A stretch of DNA of 64,000 bases, taken from Hemiscyllium ocellatum. Its lineage: Eukaryota. Location of the stretch: NCBI RefSeq assembly GCF_020745735.1, contig NC_083410.1:39468117-39532116 (forward strand). Direction: 5' to 3'. How positions within the stretch are numbered: position 1 is the first letter of the stretch; each line of letters starts with the position of its first letter. Both the position numbers and the translations under genes were made by a program. Of the stretch, positions 1-12,290 are shown in pieces. The notes under the pieces were generated by a model. The model ran no database searches. It was not told where the DNA came from and saw only the letters and a program-made list of their open reading frames with translations.

Positions 1-2805
1 AGATCAACTGTGTCACAGGCTCCAGAAGGCTCGAGGTATGTGTGCCACTACCACCGGTGTCTTTGATAAAGGTTAATTGTGCTGTGACATGTGTACAAGC
101 CAGAATGAAGTTCAAATATGTGAAATTAAGAACATTTGGAACATGCCATGTTCAAGGAACTGACAGTCAATTCATATCTCTTCCATAAGTTCATTGTCAA
201 ACCTGCCATTTGCAGAATCAAATTTGTATCCCCACTTGCTCAAGTGTTAACCTATATCTTTTATAAATGACAGTAATTTGTTTGTACTTTTTATGTCACT
301 TTTGAAAATGCTAGGTTCAAAATAATAAACTCCTACCTCTAATGTGTGATCAATGATTTTGAAAAAATATTCTTTAGTGCCAGAATTGCATATTCAAATC
401 CAAACATTCATTCTGAAAATGGGCCCATTTGGCAAAATGTACTGGGTTCTCCAGTCTTATTTAGATTCTTAGCCTTAACCATAATTCCTTCAAGTGAACG
501 ATGTCACAATTTTACTTGAAAGATGACATCTTTACAGCACAAGCCACCAACGTGGAATCAAAGGCCAGGTGTTTCAAGCTCAGGATTTTACATTAACACA
601 TAAATGTAGTTAAAACAATTTTTGTATATATGTTGCAAAACGGGGTATTTTTTGCAGGATCGATGACCTATTTTATAAGATGCTTAGTAGCCTTACTAAT
701 ATCCACATCTCTGGGACACGTACTCTTCGAAAAAAGCTAAACTGCTTTTGTCTTAGCTTGTAATGCAAGTTAATAAAATCTTTTGAAGCCCTTGAAATTT
801 CCACTTGTCGGTCCTTGAGCAATATTAAAACTACAATCTTTAAAGGGCCACACTGCATTCAGATAACAGAACGTTTACAAATGCCGTTCAACGAAAGCAC
901 GCAAACATTTACATTTTTATTACGTCAACACTTGTACAGTACATATCATAATCAAAAATTAAAATGTTAGAAAAATATTTTATATTAGGCCGCATTGGAA
1001 ACATGAATGTTTGCCCAACTGAAATGTCCGATGAGTTCAAACAGCTATAATGGCGACGCTACAAATTTAAACTGCGCAATCAATGTTGGCACAGAGCCAG
1101 CGTGATCATTTCCCGGAGTGAAATTATGAACAAAAGCGTTTGCTATTCGAAAACTGAACTATTTATTGTCAACACAATCAATAGAAATAAGTATTTTAAA
1201 AACGTTTTGAAGGGCGAGCAAAAGATTCTGAGGCCTGCAAACTAAAAGGCAAAACCTAGCTGTCCAACGAGGAAAACTATCGAAAATACGGTTTGAAATG
1301 ATAAAAATTAGGGCTATTCACTATTTCAGCTTATCTTTGAAAAAAATCGAGACCAAATTTGAACAAAACCTTCGAAATCCCGCCCACAGATGCAGCACTT
1401 TTAGATTTTTTTCCGAACAAATAGAGAAATAGGATCGTATAATTTTTTTGTCAACTTTAGATGGGCACCGAATAAAGGAAGGAAAGAAAATATTGTTTTT
1501 TTTTCAGAAGAGTGAGCATTTCCAGCGATATATTTACACGCGAAGGAAAGCCACGAAATTGAAGGATAATCGACACGAAAATAATAACCGACGGTGGGAT
1601 ACTGAAATACGACGATTAGTCGATTATTTTATTTTTAAAAATCCGGAATAACAGTCCAACCAGTAAACAACAATGTATTTTAAGGTTTAAATGAGGATGG
1701 GGGAGAAATATTAACATCGCATTAGTTTATTTTTTTTTAAAAACCGTCCATTCCTTAAACAAGAGTTTTAGCAAAAGCAGATGGAAATGAGTCAGAGATC
1801 ATCAGAAGGGAAGAGAGAAAATAAAAGTCTGAAAATAAAACCAAAGATCGACCTCCAATCCCGCCCATCGCCATGAACGGGAGGAGCGGAGCAAACGGCT
1901 TCTTAGTTTTTTTTCCTCTTCAGAGTCGAGTTTAAGGTTTATTTTGTTTTAAGCCGCCGAGGGACAGCATCTGTTCGGTAACGCTAGTAATCCGCAGATT
2001 TGTGTGTGTTTTTAAACATCTGTAACGGAGCGCTTAGAAACAAACAAAGGCGGCGCCGACTGTCGAGTCTGGCTTCATCCATCTTTGCTCGAGTTTTTTT
2101 TTGTTCTCTCCGGTCTCTTGCCGTCTTTGAGGCGACGAAGGTGGAGAGAAGGGAGGGGGAGAGAAAAGAAAAAACATCTACTGGGAGAATCTAGAATCGC
2201 CGCTTTGAAAAATAACCCCGTGAGGTCAATTTACCAAATGGTGATACTAACAGCCGCCCGTGATTCCAGACAAAACCGCTTAGAAAGCAGGGAAAAAAAG
2301 AGGGAGGGATCTCGGACGATTATTTCTCTCCCTCGCTCCGATCTATTTTTTGTTTTTTCTTGGTTCTTAAAAAAAGACTGGTCGTGATCACGGGGGCGGA
2401 AAGAAAAAAAATATTTTCGAACGGCTTTCTCTGTACAATGACTCATTTAGTTTGGGGACAGGGTGGAGATGAAAGGGAAGGGGGTGGGGTGAGGGGTTTA
2501 GGCGAGAACGAAAACAGGGGGGGGGAGGGGGTTTAAGAGTATATTTTGTATAAAGAAGTGGGCCACTTGAATAGCTTTTTTTTTTCTTTTGGTGGTGCTG
2601 TTATCGTTGTTGGGTGATTATTATTTTTTCCCCTCGGCTTGCTGCTGCAGTTCCTAAAGATGGGGAGGTGGGTTTTTTTTCCAAAAATATATTTTCCCTT
2701 AGACCCTATTTTTTTTTCTCTTGCTTCCTCCCCCCTCCCCGAAGGAGTTGTTTTTTTTTCCTTGAAAATTTTATCACAAAATTATAATACACTGAAGGAA
2801 CTCAC

Positions 2806-2928
2806 CGTCATGAAGCGTGCCTTGTCAACGGGGTTTCCTCGCCATCAAATCAGGGGCGAGATGACCAAGAACAAAAAAAAATCCAACTCCACACACATTG
2901 AAAAGTAAGAGCTGTTCAGGGCATTTTC
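2806..2928 (-). other. Non-coding (5' UTR) exon, probably of BICRAL (GLTSCR1L)
   Basis: Minus strand shows a strong acceptor (long T/C tract ...ttccttacag|GAAAATG) and a consensus donor (ATGACG|GTGAGT) 123 nt apart. Gene identity is inferred only from synteny with TBCC-PRPH2-UBR2. Confidence 0.5.
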
Positions 2929-3599
2929 CTGTAAGGAAAAAAAACACGCTTTTTAAATGTAGAAAACATTACACGTCTGTCTTTATTATTTTTTAAAATC
3001 GCCTTTCTTTTTTAAAAAAAAAATCAACAAGCCACTTTGCTTTGTTTGAACATATGTTTGTTTCATGTGCCTTTTTTTCCCTCTTGGGGTGGGGGGGGCG
3101 AAAGTGGGGAGTGGGAAATGTTTGAAAACTTATTTTTATGTAAGTGCCAGGATCGTTGTTCTTTCTGTTCCGTTTGAATGTTTTACTTCCCAAATTTTTT
3201 TTGATTTCATCGAAAAACATTTCCATTGCGGGAATATTTATTTTCAAAAGGGGGAGGGAAAAAACTCGATTTCCTCGTAAGTTTTCCCCTCCCCCCTCTA
3301 TATCCCCAACTCTCCAAAGCAATAAGAAACAAAGACCCTAATAAATTGTGTTTTATTGTCGAGATTGGACTGAAATTTTGTTCTTGCTGGGTCCCAGGAT
3401 CACATGACACCATCGGTTTGGAAGGGCAAATAACTTGCGATTTTCAAAGATTTTGGAAGCCGGGGTTATTACTTGTATGTGATGTAGATATATTTCTTTT
3501 ATTGTATTTTCCTTCAAAAGCAGAAGCGAAATGTCCTGGAATTGGTAAGGAAAGTGAACCGAGATATTTCAGCAAAGCCAACTCCCCCCCCCCCGCTGC

Positions 3600-3730
3600 A
3601 CGAAGCGCTGCGCATGGGCCGGGGTCCTTGCCCTGAACAAACAAACGTGCGCCTTGCAACCGCCCACGGCAGCCCATTGGCCAGCGATGGAGACCCCACC
3701 CAATCCCCGAGCTGCGCCAATTGGTCACTG
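3600..3730. promoter_or_regulatory. Core promoter cluster: NRF1-like GCGCATG plus three CCAAT/ATTGG boxes
   Basis: ctgcgcatgggc at ~3608-3619; cccattgg ~3673; ccaatc ~3700; ccaattgg ~3717, in a GC-rich patch upstream of the minus-strand exon. Confidence 0.5.
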
Positions 3731-5991
3731 CTCAGTCCCCTGTCGCGGGGATGGGAGGGACAGAAGTAGCTGATGTGAGTCAGTCCTACTGCGCTTAATA
3801 TATCCCAGTCTGATTTCTTTACATTTCACACATTAAATAACAACTTTTTAAAAACAAAATATCTTTATTTGGGGGAAAAGAAAAGTTAAGAGATCTGTGG
3901 TGACTATCTTTTTTTCACTTCCATGCTTACGCCACAGGGATGTCTGAGTAGGGTTTTGCAAATTTGGTGTGAACTTTTCATTGTAGAACATTGGAAATGC
4001 TGGACTCTTCTCTGGATCGAATATCCCAGTGGGGGAGTGTGGAAATATGTTGTTCTCTCTAACTCCTTTTGAGTATTTACAAAACAAAACTTCTGTTGGG
4101 ATGGTTGTTGAACTGTCGTTTTCAGAAATCGGCTTATATTCATGGCAAACTTAAAACGATCAAATATTTGATGCGATTCGTTTCTGAATAGTGGGACGGA
4201 ATTCCACTTTGATTGCGTAGTATGGCCAATGCTGTAACTTAAACTGTACAAAAACACTAATTCAACAACGCTATTTTATTTTGTTCAAGCATCGGGAAAA
4301 GACCAACTTTTGCAACAGTCTGTGAGTGTAATTTCATTTTATGTTGAAAGAATTTTTGATAAACCACGAATAAATTGTTTAGCTTTAGCGACCTGAGTGG
4401 AAATATCTATGTTACAGAAGTTGATCATGTATTTAATTGTAAGAATCTTTTTAAAGCATCTCTGCCTCACGAAATATAGTTAAATGCAATGATTACTTTG
4501 CACGGTTCTAAGCTCTGTCAATAATTAGTCAATTTTCTTAGTTCTATCTATATGCGAATACCTGTGTATGAAATAACTACGTATTAGGAACGAAGATGGC
4601 AGGTATTCATTCTGTTGCATATGTTTACTGGTTCTAAACGTACATGTATTTGTTTTAATGCATGTAAACATCAGGTATTAAGGTAATTTATGTTCTGCTA
4701 TCTCACAATGTGTTCAATATAGAAAACACGAAAGCGTTACGATGGCGTAGTCTTTTTCACTCTGTGTTTTATACAATCTATCCCTGCCCGCACAGGAACC
4801 TCTTGAAGAAAAACATACTTGCACGATTTCCAGGACAGTACAGAAAGTACAATAGCCTTTGTTTAGAATATGGGTTCTATAAGTTGCAAAGTTTGACTTT
4901 TAATTAAGGATTACCTTGGTCAATTACAATTGTAAAAGCGTGATTATTTCCACTGACTGGGTCTGACAAATACTTTCACATACATTTGTACTGAACTTAA
5001 TAATTCAGGTAAAATTTGCACCACGATTTGTTTAGAAAGTGTTGATCATAGTTTCATGCAATTGAGCAAAACTTGTTTTATTGAAAAAGTAATTCAAATA
5101 CTTTGTTTAATTTAATCTTAATTTAGTTAAAAGTATATTGTAACAACCATTCTAATCTATTCCTGATATCCAAAACCAAAATTTGATAAGAATGTGAAAA
5201 GTTCGGCCTGCTTTTGACTGCCTCCCTGAAGTTAGCTGCACAATATCTCCACTATTCTACTTCAGTTGTCTACCAAACTATAATTAAGAGAGCAAGTATC
5301 TGTTGGTATTGTTTGAAAAGGTATAACAAAGAACATCTTCAGAGTCATTGCATCTGACTGTGAATTTTTATTAAATCATTCTAAAGTTTTCTGCCCCTTT
5401 ATTCCAACTAAAATAATAAAAATAGAGCTGCATAACCACTGGAGAAAAGATTCCTGTCTCGATTAAGGAAAGTCTCTGGTAATTATTATTGCTCTTAGGG
5501 ATTTTGGAATCATGTCTTAGCTGAGTTAGCAAGATCTTTCATACTAAGTAGCTTTCGAGAGCTGGACTTTGGGTGCAACTGTTTTCTGTCACTTAGCTGG
5601 CTCTAGGAATACTACAGCATTACTTGGAGGCTACCACTCCAGACAAGCAACAGCAGAAAAGAGCATAGCAGCTTGGACATGCTGAAGTTCAAAGATGGTA
5701 ATAGAGATGTCTCCTACAAATTTAACTCCACATTGCCTTATTCTAGCTTCATTGCACAGTCTCCTATTCCTCAGAAATCCTTACCTGTTTCAAATATCAT
5801 CATGCAACATGCTACACACCTACATCCTGACACATACCATACCTTCTTTCTTTCTGACAGTGGTCTAGTGTGCAATATTACCCCTATCTAACCATTAGCT
5901 CCTTGCTGCCTATGTTACTAACTTTGGGAGAAGATTTGTATCTCGGGTGCTCATTGTTGTGGTTCTGTTCGCCGAGCTGGGAATTTGTGTT

Positions 5992-6031
5992 GCAGACATT
6001 TCGTCCCCTGTCTCGGTGATATCCTCAGTGT
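5992..6031 (-). ncRNA. Degenerate minimal hammerhead ribozyme motif (PLE family A, left copy)
   Basis: Minus strand reads ACA CUGAGGA U AUCACCG AGAC AGGGGAC GAAA UGUC UGC; core CUGANGA and GAAA present, stem II and stem III partly mutated. Confidence 0.55.
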
Positions 6032-7013
6032 TTGGGAGCCTCCTGTGAAGCACTTCTGTGATGTTTCCTCCGGCATTTATAGTGATTTTATCTGCCGCTT
6101 CCGGTTGTCAGTTCCAGCTGTCCACTGCAGTGGCCGGTATATTGGGTTCAGGTCGATGTGCTTGTTGATTGAATCAGTGGATGAGTGCCATGCCTCTAGG
6201 AGTTCCCTGGCTGTTCTCTGTTTGGTTGTCCGATAATAGTAGTGTTGTCCCAGTCGAACTCATGTTCGACTTGTCATCTTAATGTGTGGCTACTAAGGAC
6301 ACTGGTCATGTCGTTTTGTGGCTAGTTGGTGTTCATTGATGCGGATCGTTAGCTGTCTTCCTGTTTGTCCTATGTAGTGTTTTGTGCAGACCTTGCATGG
6401 GATTTTGTACACTACATGTACACATCAACAGATGCCTAAGGGAAAAACAACGGAATGAGGACATGCCACAACCCAAAGGACTAACCACACTACCATACAT
6501 CAAAAACATTTCTGAACTGACAGCCAGACTACTGCGACCACTAGAACTCAGCAGACAAACCAACAGCCACTCTCAACAACAACTCACCAGGACGAAGGAC
6601 CCGATACCCAGCATGAGCAAAACCAACGTAGTGTACAAAATCCCATGTAAGGACTGCACAAAACACCAAATAGGAATAAACAGGAAGACAGCTAACGATC
6701 CGCATCCATGAATACCAACTAGCCATGAAACAACGTGACCAGTTATCCTTAGTAGCCACACACTCAGATGACAAGCAACATGAGTTCGACTGGGACAACA
6801 CTACTATTATTGGACAAGCCACCCAGAGAACAGCCAGGGAATTCCTATATGCACAGCACTTATATACTGATTCAATCAACAAGCACATCGACCTGGACCC
6901 AATATACCGACCACTGCAGCGGACAGCTGGAACTGACAACCAGAAGCGGCAGATACAAATCAATATAAATGCCAGAGGAAACATCACAGAAGCGCTTCAA
7001 AGGAGGCTCCCAA

Positions 7014-7053
7014 GTACTGAGAATGTCACCTAGACAGGGGACGAAACGTCTGC
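7014..7053 (+). ncRNA. Degenerate minimal hammerhead ribozyme motif (PLE family A, right copy)
   Basis: GUA CUGAGAA U GUCACCU AGAC AGGGGAC GAAA CGUC UGC; stems intact, core G8 mutated to A. Confidence 0.55.
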
Positions 7054-7099
7054 AACACAAATTCCCAGCTCGACGAATAGAACCACAACATATCTAACT

Positions 7100-8185
7100 A
7101 ACTGCTAAACTCCTTGACCAGTTTCCTCAACCCTTATATCTCCAATTCTTCTTTTAGTCACCAGACCTGAAACCTGTCATGATTTTGTAATCCAGCTGGG
7201 TAGGACTTATTTGGCTGAATCCTTCCCTCTATATACATAAACAGAATATTATTTGTAAAGGCTCTTTTCCTGCTGTCACACTACCATCTCTGGTGTCTCC
7301 CAAAATTCTATCCTTAGCCACCTCCTTTTACCTACATACTACCCTTAAGTGACATTATCCAGTAACATAGCATTAGTTTTCACATGGATCTGGACAACAT
7401 CCAGCTTTACCTTGTTACAACCTCTCAACTCCTCCAAAGGTGCTGAATTATCAAACTGTTTGTAGCAGCAGAGAATGACCAGAGATTTCCTCTAACTGGA
7501 CTTTTAGGAAGCCCAAAACCAATGTTTTTGCTCTCTGCCACATATTCCATCCTTAGCTGCCAACTCTGTCTCCTCATGTAATTTCTGATTCCAAAGTGAG
7601 TTGCTCATATTTGTACAGCATCACCGAGGTTGACTAAATCAAACTCAATAACATCACCCAGGTCCTCCCCTGCCTCAGCACATTTGCACATCTATGGATT
7701 TGTTATATCTAGACTTGACTATTCTATTACACGTCTAGCAAAGCTCCCATATTCTATAGTGCCTAGAGACTGACCTATGTTGGCTCTTGGTCAAGCAATA
7801 CTTTGAAATGCTCGTATTTGTAAACTCCTTCCATTGTCTTGCACTTCTGTAGTTCTGTAATCCCATGTATCCCCTCAATCATTTCAGATATCTGCACTTT
7901 ACTAATTTTAGCCTGTGGCAAACTTCATCTTTAATCTTTGTACTCTTGGTGGCAGTATCTTTAGTTCCTTAAACTCTAAGCTCCAGAATTCCCTCCCAAA
8001 ATCCCTGTGCCTCCCTACCTTTTTATTCCTTTTAAGACAGTGCTTTAAACCAGCCTCTGAGTAAGCTTTTGGCTATCTTCCTGTCATCTTCTACATCTGT
8101 GTTCTGTTCTGCTTCATAATGCTTCTGAGAAATACCTTGAATCATTCTATTACATTAAAGGCAGTTAAATGAATACAAGTCAATA
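7100..8185 (+). mobile_element. Old L2-like LINE 3' fragment
   Basis: Degenerate GVPQGSILGP / LPL.DII..H.ISFH.YADD-type RT signature at ~7292-7410 and an L2-like tail near 8130-8180. Confidence 0.6.
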
Positions 8186-8324
8186 TAGCTCTGGTATCTA
8201 CAACTTCTACACGCAGCAAGCTGAAAATACTACCTGCACCAAAACCACAGCAACACACATGATGACTGGAGCATCATGACTAAGCAGTTTCCATACCCTC
8301 ACATTAGTATCGCAAATACATCTA

Positions 8325-8860
8325 CAGCATAGAAAAAGATACTTCAGCTCATTGCAAGTCTGTGCTGGTCAAAAACAACCACCTAACTATTCCAATCTGA
8401 CTTGGCCCATAGCAATGTATGCTTTGGCATCGCAAATGTACACGTAAATACTACTTCAATGTTATGAGGGTTTCTGCCTCTACCACCTTCCAGGCAGTGA
8501 GTTCCAGATTCCCAGCATTCTCTGACTGAAAACAAATTTCCTCACATCCCCTCTCTAGACGTTAAATCAATGCCCTCCAGTATTCATCCCTCCACCAAGT
8601 GGAAAAATGTATTCTCATCTCCTGTCTCTGCCCTTCATATTTTCATATATCTCAATCCTTGGAGCAGAGGAAACTATCAAAGTCTATCCAATCTCCCTTC
8701 ATAACTGAAACTCTCCAGCCAAGCAACATCTTGTTCATCTCCTCTATACTCTGTCCAGTATAATCACATCCCTCCTATAATGTGGATTCCAGAACTGCAC
8801 ACAATACTCTAGCTATGGCCTAACAGTTTTTACAGTTTCAGCATCAATCCTCTGCTATGA
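8325..8860 (-). mobile_element. CR1-like LINE 3' fragment
   Basis: Reverse complement has the LEYCVQFW motif (tagagtattgtgtgcagttctgg) and a CR1-type 3' end. Confidence 0.65.
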
Positions 8861-9019
8861 AATAAATAAGATTTTCAATTTCAGCAAAAAATCCTAATAA
8901 ATATCCCTCCACCCCCAACTAATTTGAACTTAAGGAAGAAAGATACCCGAGAAGAGGTGGTACACACATGAAGTTACAATCACTTTCTGAAATTTGTTCG
9001 GTCTAACCTTAAATGTGTG

Positions 9020-9545
9020 GCTAATTCTGGGTACCACATCTTAGGAAGGATGTCAAAGCCTTAAGGGCAAATTGGACGTTTACAAGATTGGTAACAAGGA
9101 TGAAAGACTTCAGTTATGTGGAGAGATAAGAAAGACTGAGATTGTTCTCCTTACAACAGAAAAAAGTAATAATTTGATTGTGCTGTTTTATTTGAAAGTT
9201 AGTAAGGAGAAACTGTGTCCAATAGCAAAAGGGGCAATAACTAGAGAGTATTGTTAAGGTGATTAGCAAAGGGAAGTAGAGGCAACATAAGTATAACACA
9301 TTCTCTGTGCAATCAATATCTGTCATCTGGAATGCATTGTATGAAGGGTTCAGCAAGCAGATTCAATAAAAACTTTCAAAAGGGAATTAGGTAAATAATT
9401 GAACAAGGAAAAAATTGCATGCTTGGAGGAAAGAGTAATGATGTGGAAAGACGAGTCTAAATGGATTGCTGCGTCAAACAGCTGACACAGACACAATGGG
9501 CTGAATGACCTCATCAATCTGTTTCTGTATTGAAATTATTGAAAT
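9020..9545 (+). mobile_element. Old CR1-like 3' fragment
   Basis: FWVPHLRKDV-like remnant at ~9025-9060, and a CR1 3' UTR motif (gacacaatgggctgaatgacctc). Confidence 0.55.
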
Positions 9546-10473
9546 CATTGTATTGTAAATAAAGATACCCATCACCTATTTTCTGGCTCGCTGAATGACT
9601 TGGTGCTATTTTCCTGCTTTTTATCCATAACACTGAATGTTGTTTCTATGTAAATAACATTCTAATATGCTTTTGAATATCTCAATTGAAACTAACTACA
9701 TCACACAATCAAGCAGTGTGTTCCAAATCCTAATTACTTGCAATGATTTTTTTTTCTCATTACATTTGCCTCTTCTGAAAATTATTTAAATCTCTCTCAA
9801 TATAATTTTTTCTCTTTTTTTTCCACGATCCTTTTATGATGGAACAGTTTCTCCCCATCTACTTTGTCTGCCCCACCTCATGAATTTGAAAATTTCGATC
9901 AGATCTGTGCTTACCCTTCACCTCTCCACGGAAATCTGTTCCAACTCCTCTAGTATTTCCTCACAATTGAAGTGTCTCATCTCGAGACCATTCTCATAAG
10001 TTTCTTTTGCAATCTTTCTAAAGTATTCATTTCATTCCTAAAGTCTGTCGCCCAGAACTCTATACAGTACTCCAACTGAGGTCTCACTATTACATTATAA
10101 AAGTTCAATATAATTTCTTTGCTCTTACATTCTATACCCCTATAAATAAAGCCCAGACTATTGTATTTTATCAACTGTTCGGTCTTCCTATTCTGCCATC
10201 TTTAATTTCTTGTATACATGTACACCCAGGCTGTTTTCCTGCAGACCCTCCAGGGGAGCACCCTTTATTTTATACTGCATCTCCTTCTTCATTATACCAA
10301 AATTTATCACCTCACACTTATCCGCATTTCACATCGTTTGCCATATTTATGTCCATTCCACCAACTTATAGTTTTACATTGTCATCCTCACAGTTTACAA
10401 TGCTTCCAAGTTTTACATCATCTACAAACTTTGAAATTGTCCTCTGCACACCAAGATCTTGATCATTAATGTA

Positions 10474-12290
10474 TAGAATAGAAATTTATTGTCACATGTA
10501 CTTTACATGAAAGTACAGTGAAAAGTTTTATAAGCCGTCACACCACAGCAGCTATATTAATGACGGATATCATATATAATAAAAAACATTTAGACAAAGT
10601 TCGTCACAGTTCAGTTAATGGCTCCTGGGCTGGGGGGAAGCTGATTAAGGAACAATGGAATACCCTGAAGATACAGCCAGGACAAGCCTGCCATTCCGGG
10701 ACGAGAATACCACACCCAGGACACACCAAGACAAGACCACTATACCCACTATACTTCACTGAATAGACAAGAGGTGCAGGAGTAGGCTATTCTGCCCTTC
10801 GAGCCAGCACCACCATTCATTATGATCATGGCTGATCATCCTCAATCAGTATCCTGTTTCTGCCTTTTCCCCATAACCCTTGATTCCACTATTCTTAAGA
10901 GCTCTATCCAACTCTTTCTTAAACAAATCCAGAGACTGGGCCACCACTGCCTTCTGGAGCAGAGCATTCCATAATCCACCACTCTCTGGGTGAAGAAGTT
11001 TCTCCTCAACTCTGTTCTAAGTGGTCTACCCCTTATTTTTAAACTGTGACCTCTGATTCGGGACTCACTCATCAGTGGAAACACGCTTCCTGCCTCCAGA
11101 GTGTCCAATCCTTTAATAATATTCTATGTCTCAATTATATCCCCTCAGCCTTCTAAACTCAAGCTTATACAAGCCCAGTTGCTCCAATCTTCAACATAAG
11201 ATAGTCCGCCATTCTGGGAATTGACCTCGTGAGCCTACGCTGCACTCCCTCAATAGCCAGAATGTCTTTCCTCAAATTTGGAAACCAAAACTGCGCACAA
11301 TTTTCCAGGTGCGGTCTCACCAGGGCCCTGTACAGTTGCATAAGGACCTCTTTGCTTCTATACTCATTTCCTCTTGTTATGAAGGCCAGCATGCTATTAG
11401 CTTTCTTCACTGCCTGCTGTACCTGCATGCTTGCTTTCAATGACTAATGTACAAGAACACCCAGATCTCGTTGTACCCCTTTACCGAACTTGACTCCATA
11501 TAGGTAGTAATCTGCCTTCCTGTTCTTGCCACCAAAGTGGATAACCACACATTTATCCACATTAAACTGCATCTTCCATGCATCTGTCCACTCACCTAGC
11601 CTGTCCAGGTCACCTTCTATTCTCCTAACACTCTCTTCACATTTCACCCTGCCACCCAGCTTTGTGTCATCAGCAAATTTGCTAATATTACTTTTAACAC
11701 CTTCATCTATATCGTTAATGTACATTGTAAAAAGCTGCGGTCCCAGCACTGATCCCTGTGGCACACCACTGGTCACCGCATGCCATTCCGAAAAGGAGCC
11801 GTTTATCACTACTCTTTGTTTCCTGTCAGCCAACCAATTTTCAATCCGTGAAGAAGACCACCATGCCAGGCTGAGACTACCATACTGGGCTGCTGGAAGC
11901 CACCTTGTTGCTGGGGGTGAGGGAAGCCTCTTGTTCCCAATCCAACACTCCTCCTGACGCTGTAGCCAATCTGCCAAGTCCTTTTTGCTGATGCTTCCGC
12001 TCCTTCAGACACCCAGGCCCACTCCGGAACTGGACCCCACCCAGTCTGAGAGTCTGAGCCAAAAGATTCAGCCCAGGACCACCTCCTCATTCGACAGGAA
12101 ACCCCTGGGCTCCACCCCATCCCAGTGTTGCTGCCACTGGAGGCTTCCTCCTTCACTTGTCACTCTCCAGGCTTTAAAAAGAAAATGAAGAAAAAAGCAA
12201 GAACAAAAGTGAAAAGAAGGAAAACAATGAAAGAAAACCAATGGGAGCAGACAAGTCCTAGGTTCAGCTCCCAAGATCCACTGCCATCTT
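10474..12290 (-). mobile_element. Candidate non-autonomous non-LTR retroelement (~0.7 kb; parts 10474-10740 and 11862-12290), split by a younger CR1
   Basis: Head AAGATGGCAG at 12290; tail hairpin TGTACTTT-acatg-AAAGTACA (10497-10517), AATAAA and (TTCTA)n; it cleanly interrupts the older CR1. Confidence 0.55.
10762..11847 (-). mobile_element. Young 5'-truncated CR1 LINE (same family as 28550-31657)
   Basis: ORFs give SGVPQGSVLGPQLF, SKFADDTKLGG and LVRPHLENCAQFW; near-identical 3' end to 31240-31657; flanked by aagaccac at 10733-10740 and 11854-11861. Confidence 0.9.

Larger units (their letters stand above)
600..4800. promoter_or_regulatory. AT-rich but CpG-retaining (probably unmethylated) promoter island
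   Basis: CG dinucleotides are visibly frequent here, unlike the CpG-depleted bulk of the window; no recognisable repeats; contains GC boxes (GGGGGCGG ~2392), G/C runs and CCAAT boxes. Confidence 0.6.
5925..7090. mobile_element. Penelope-like element (PLE family A) fragment: inverted 3' copy (5925-6415, -) joined to a + strand GIY-YIG endonuclease/3' end (6416-7090)
   Basis: ORFs 6382-6711 and 6725-7033 give NVVYKIPCKDC..IG (GIY-YIG motif) and HEFDWDNTTIIG..REFL..SINKHIDLDPIYRPL; 5955-6415 is the reverse complement of ~6625-7090. Confidence 0.85.

Noticed and set aside
1448-4257. Cluster of short K/R/F-rich ORFs
   Set aside because: Products of homopolymer-rich promoter/intron DNA; no protein motifs.
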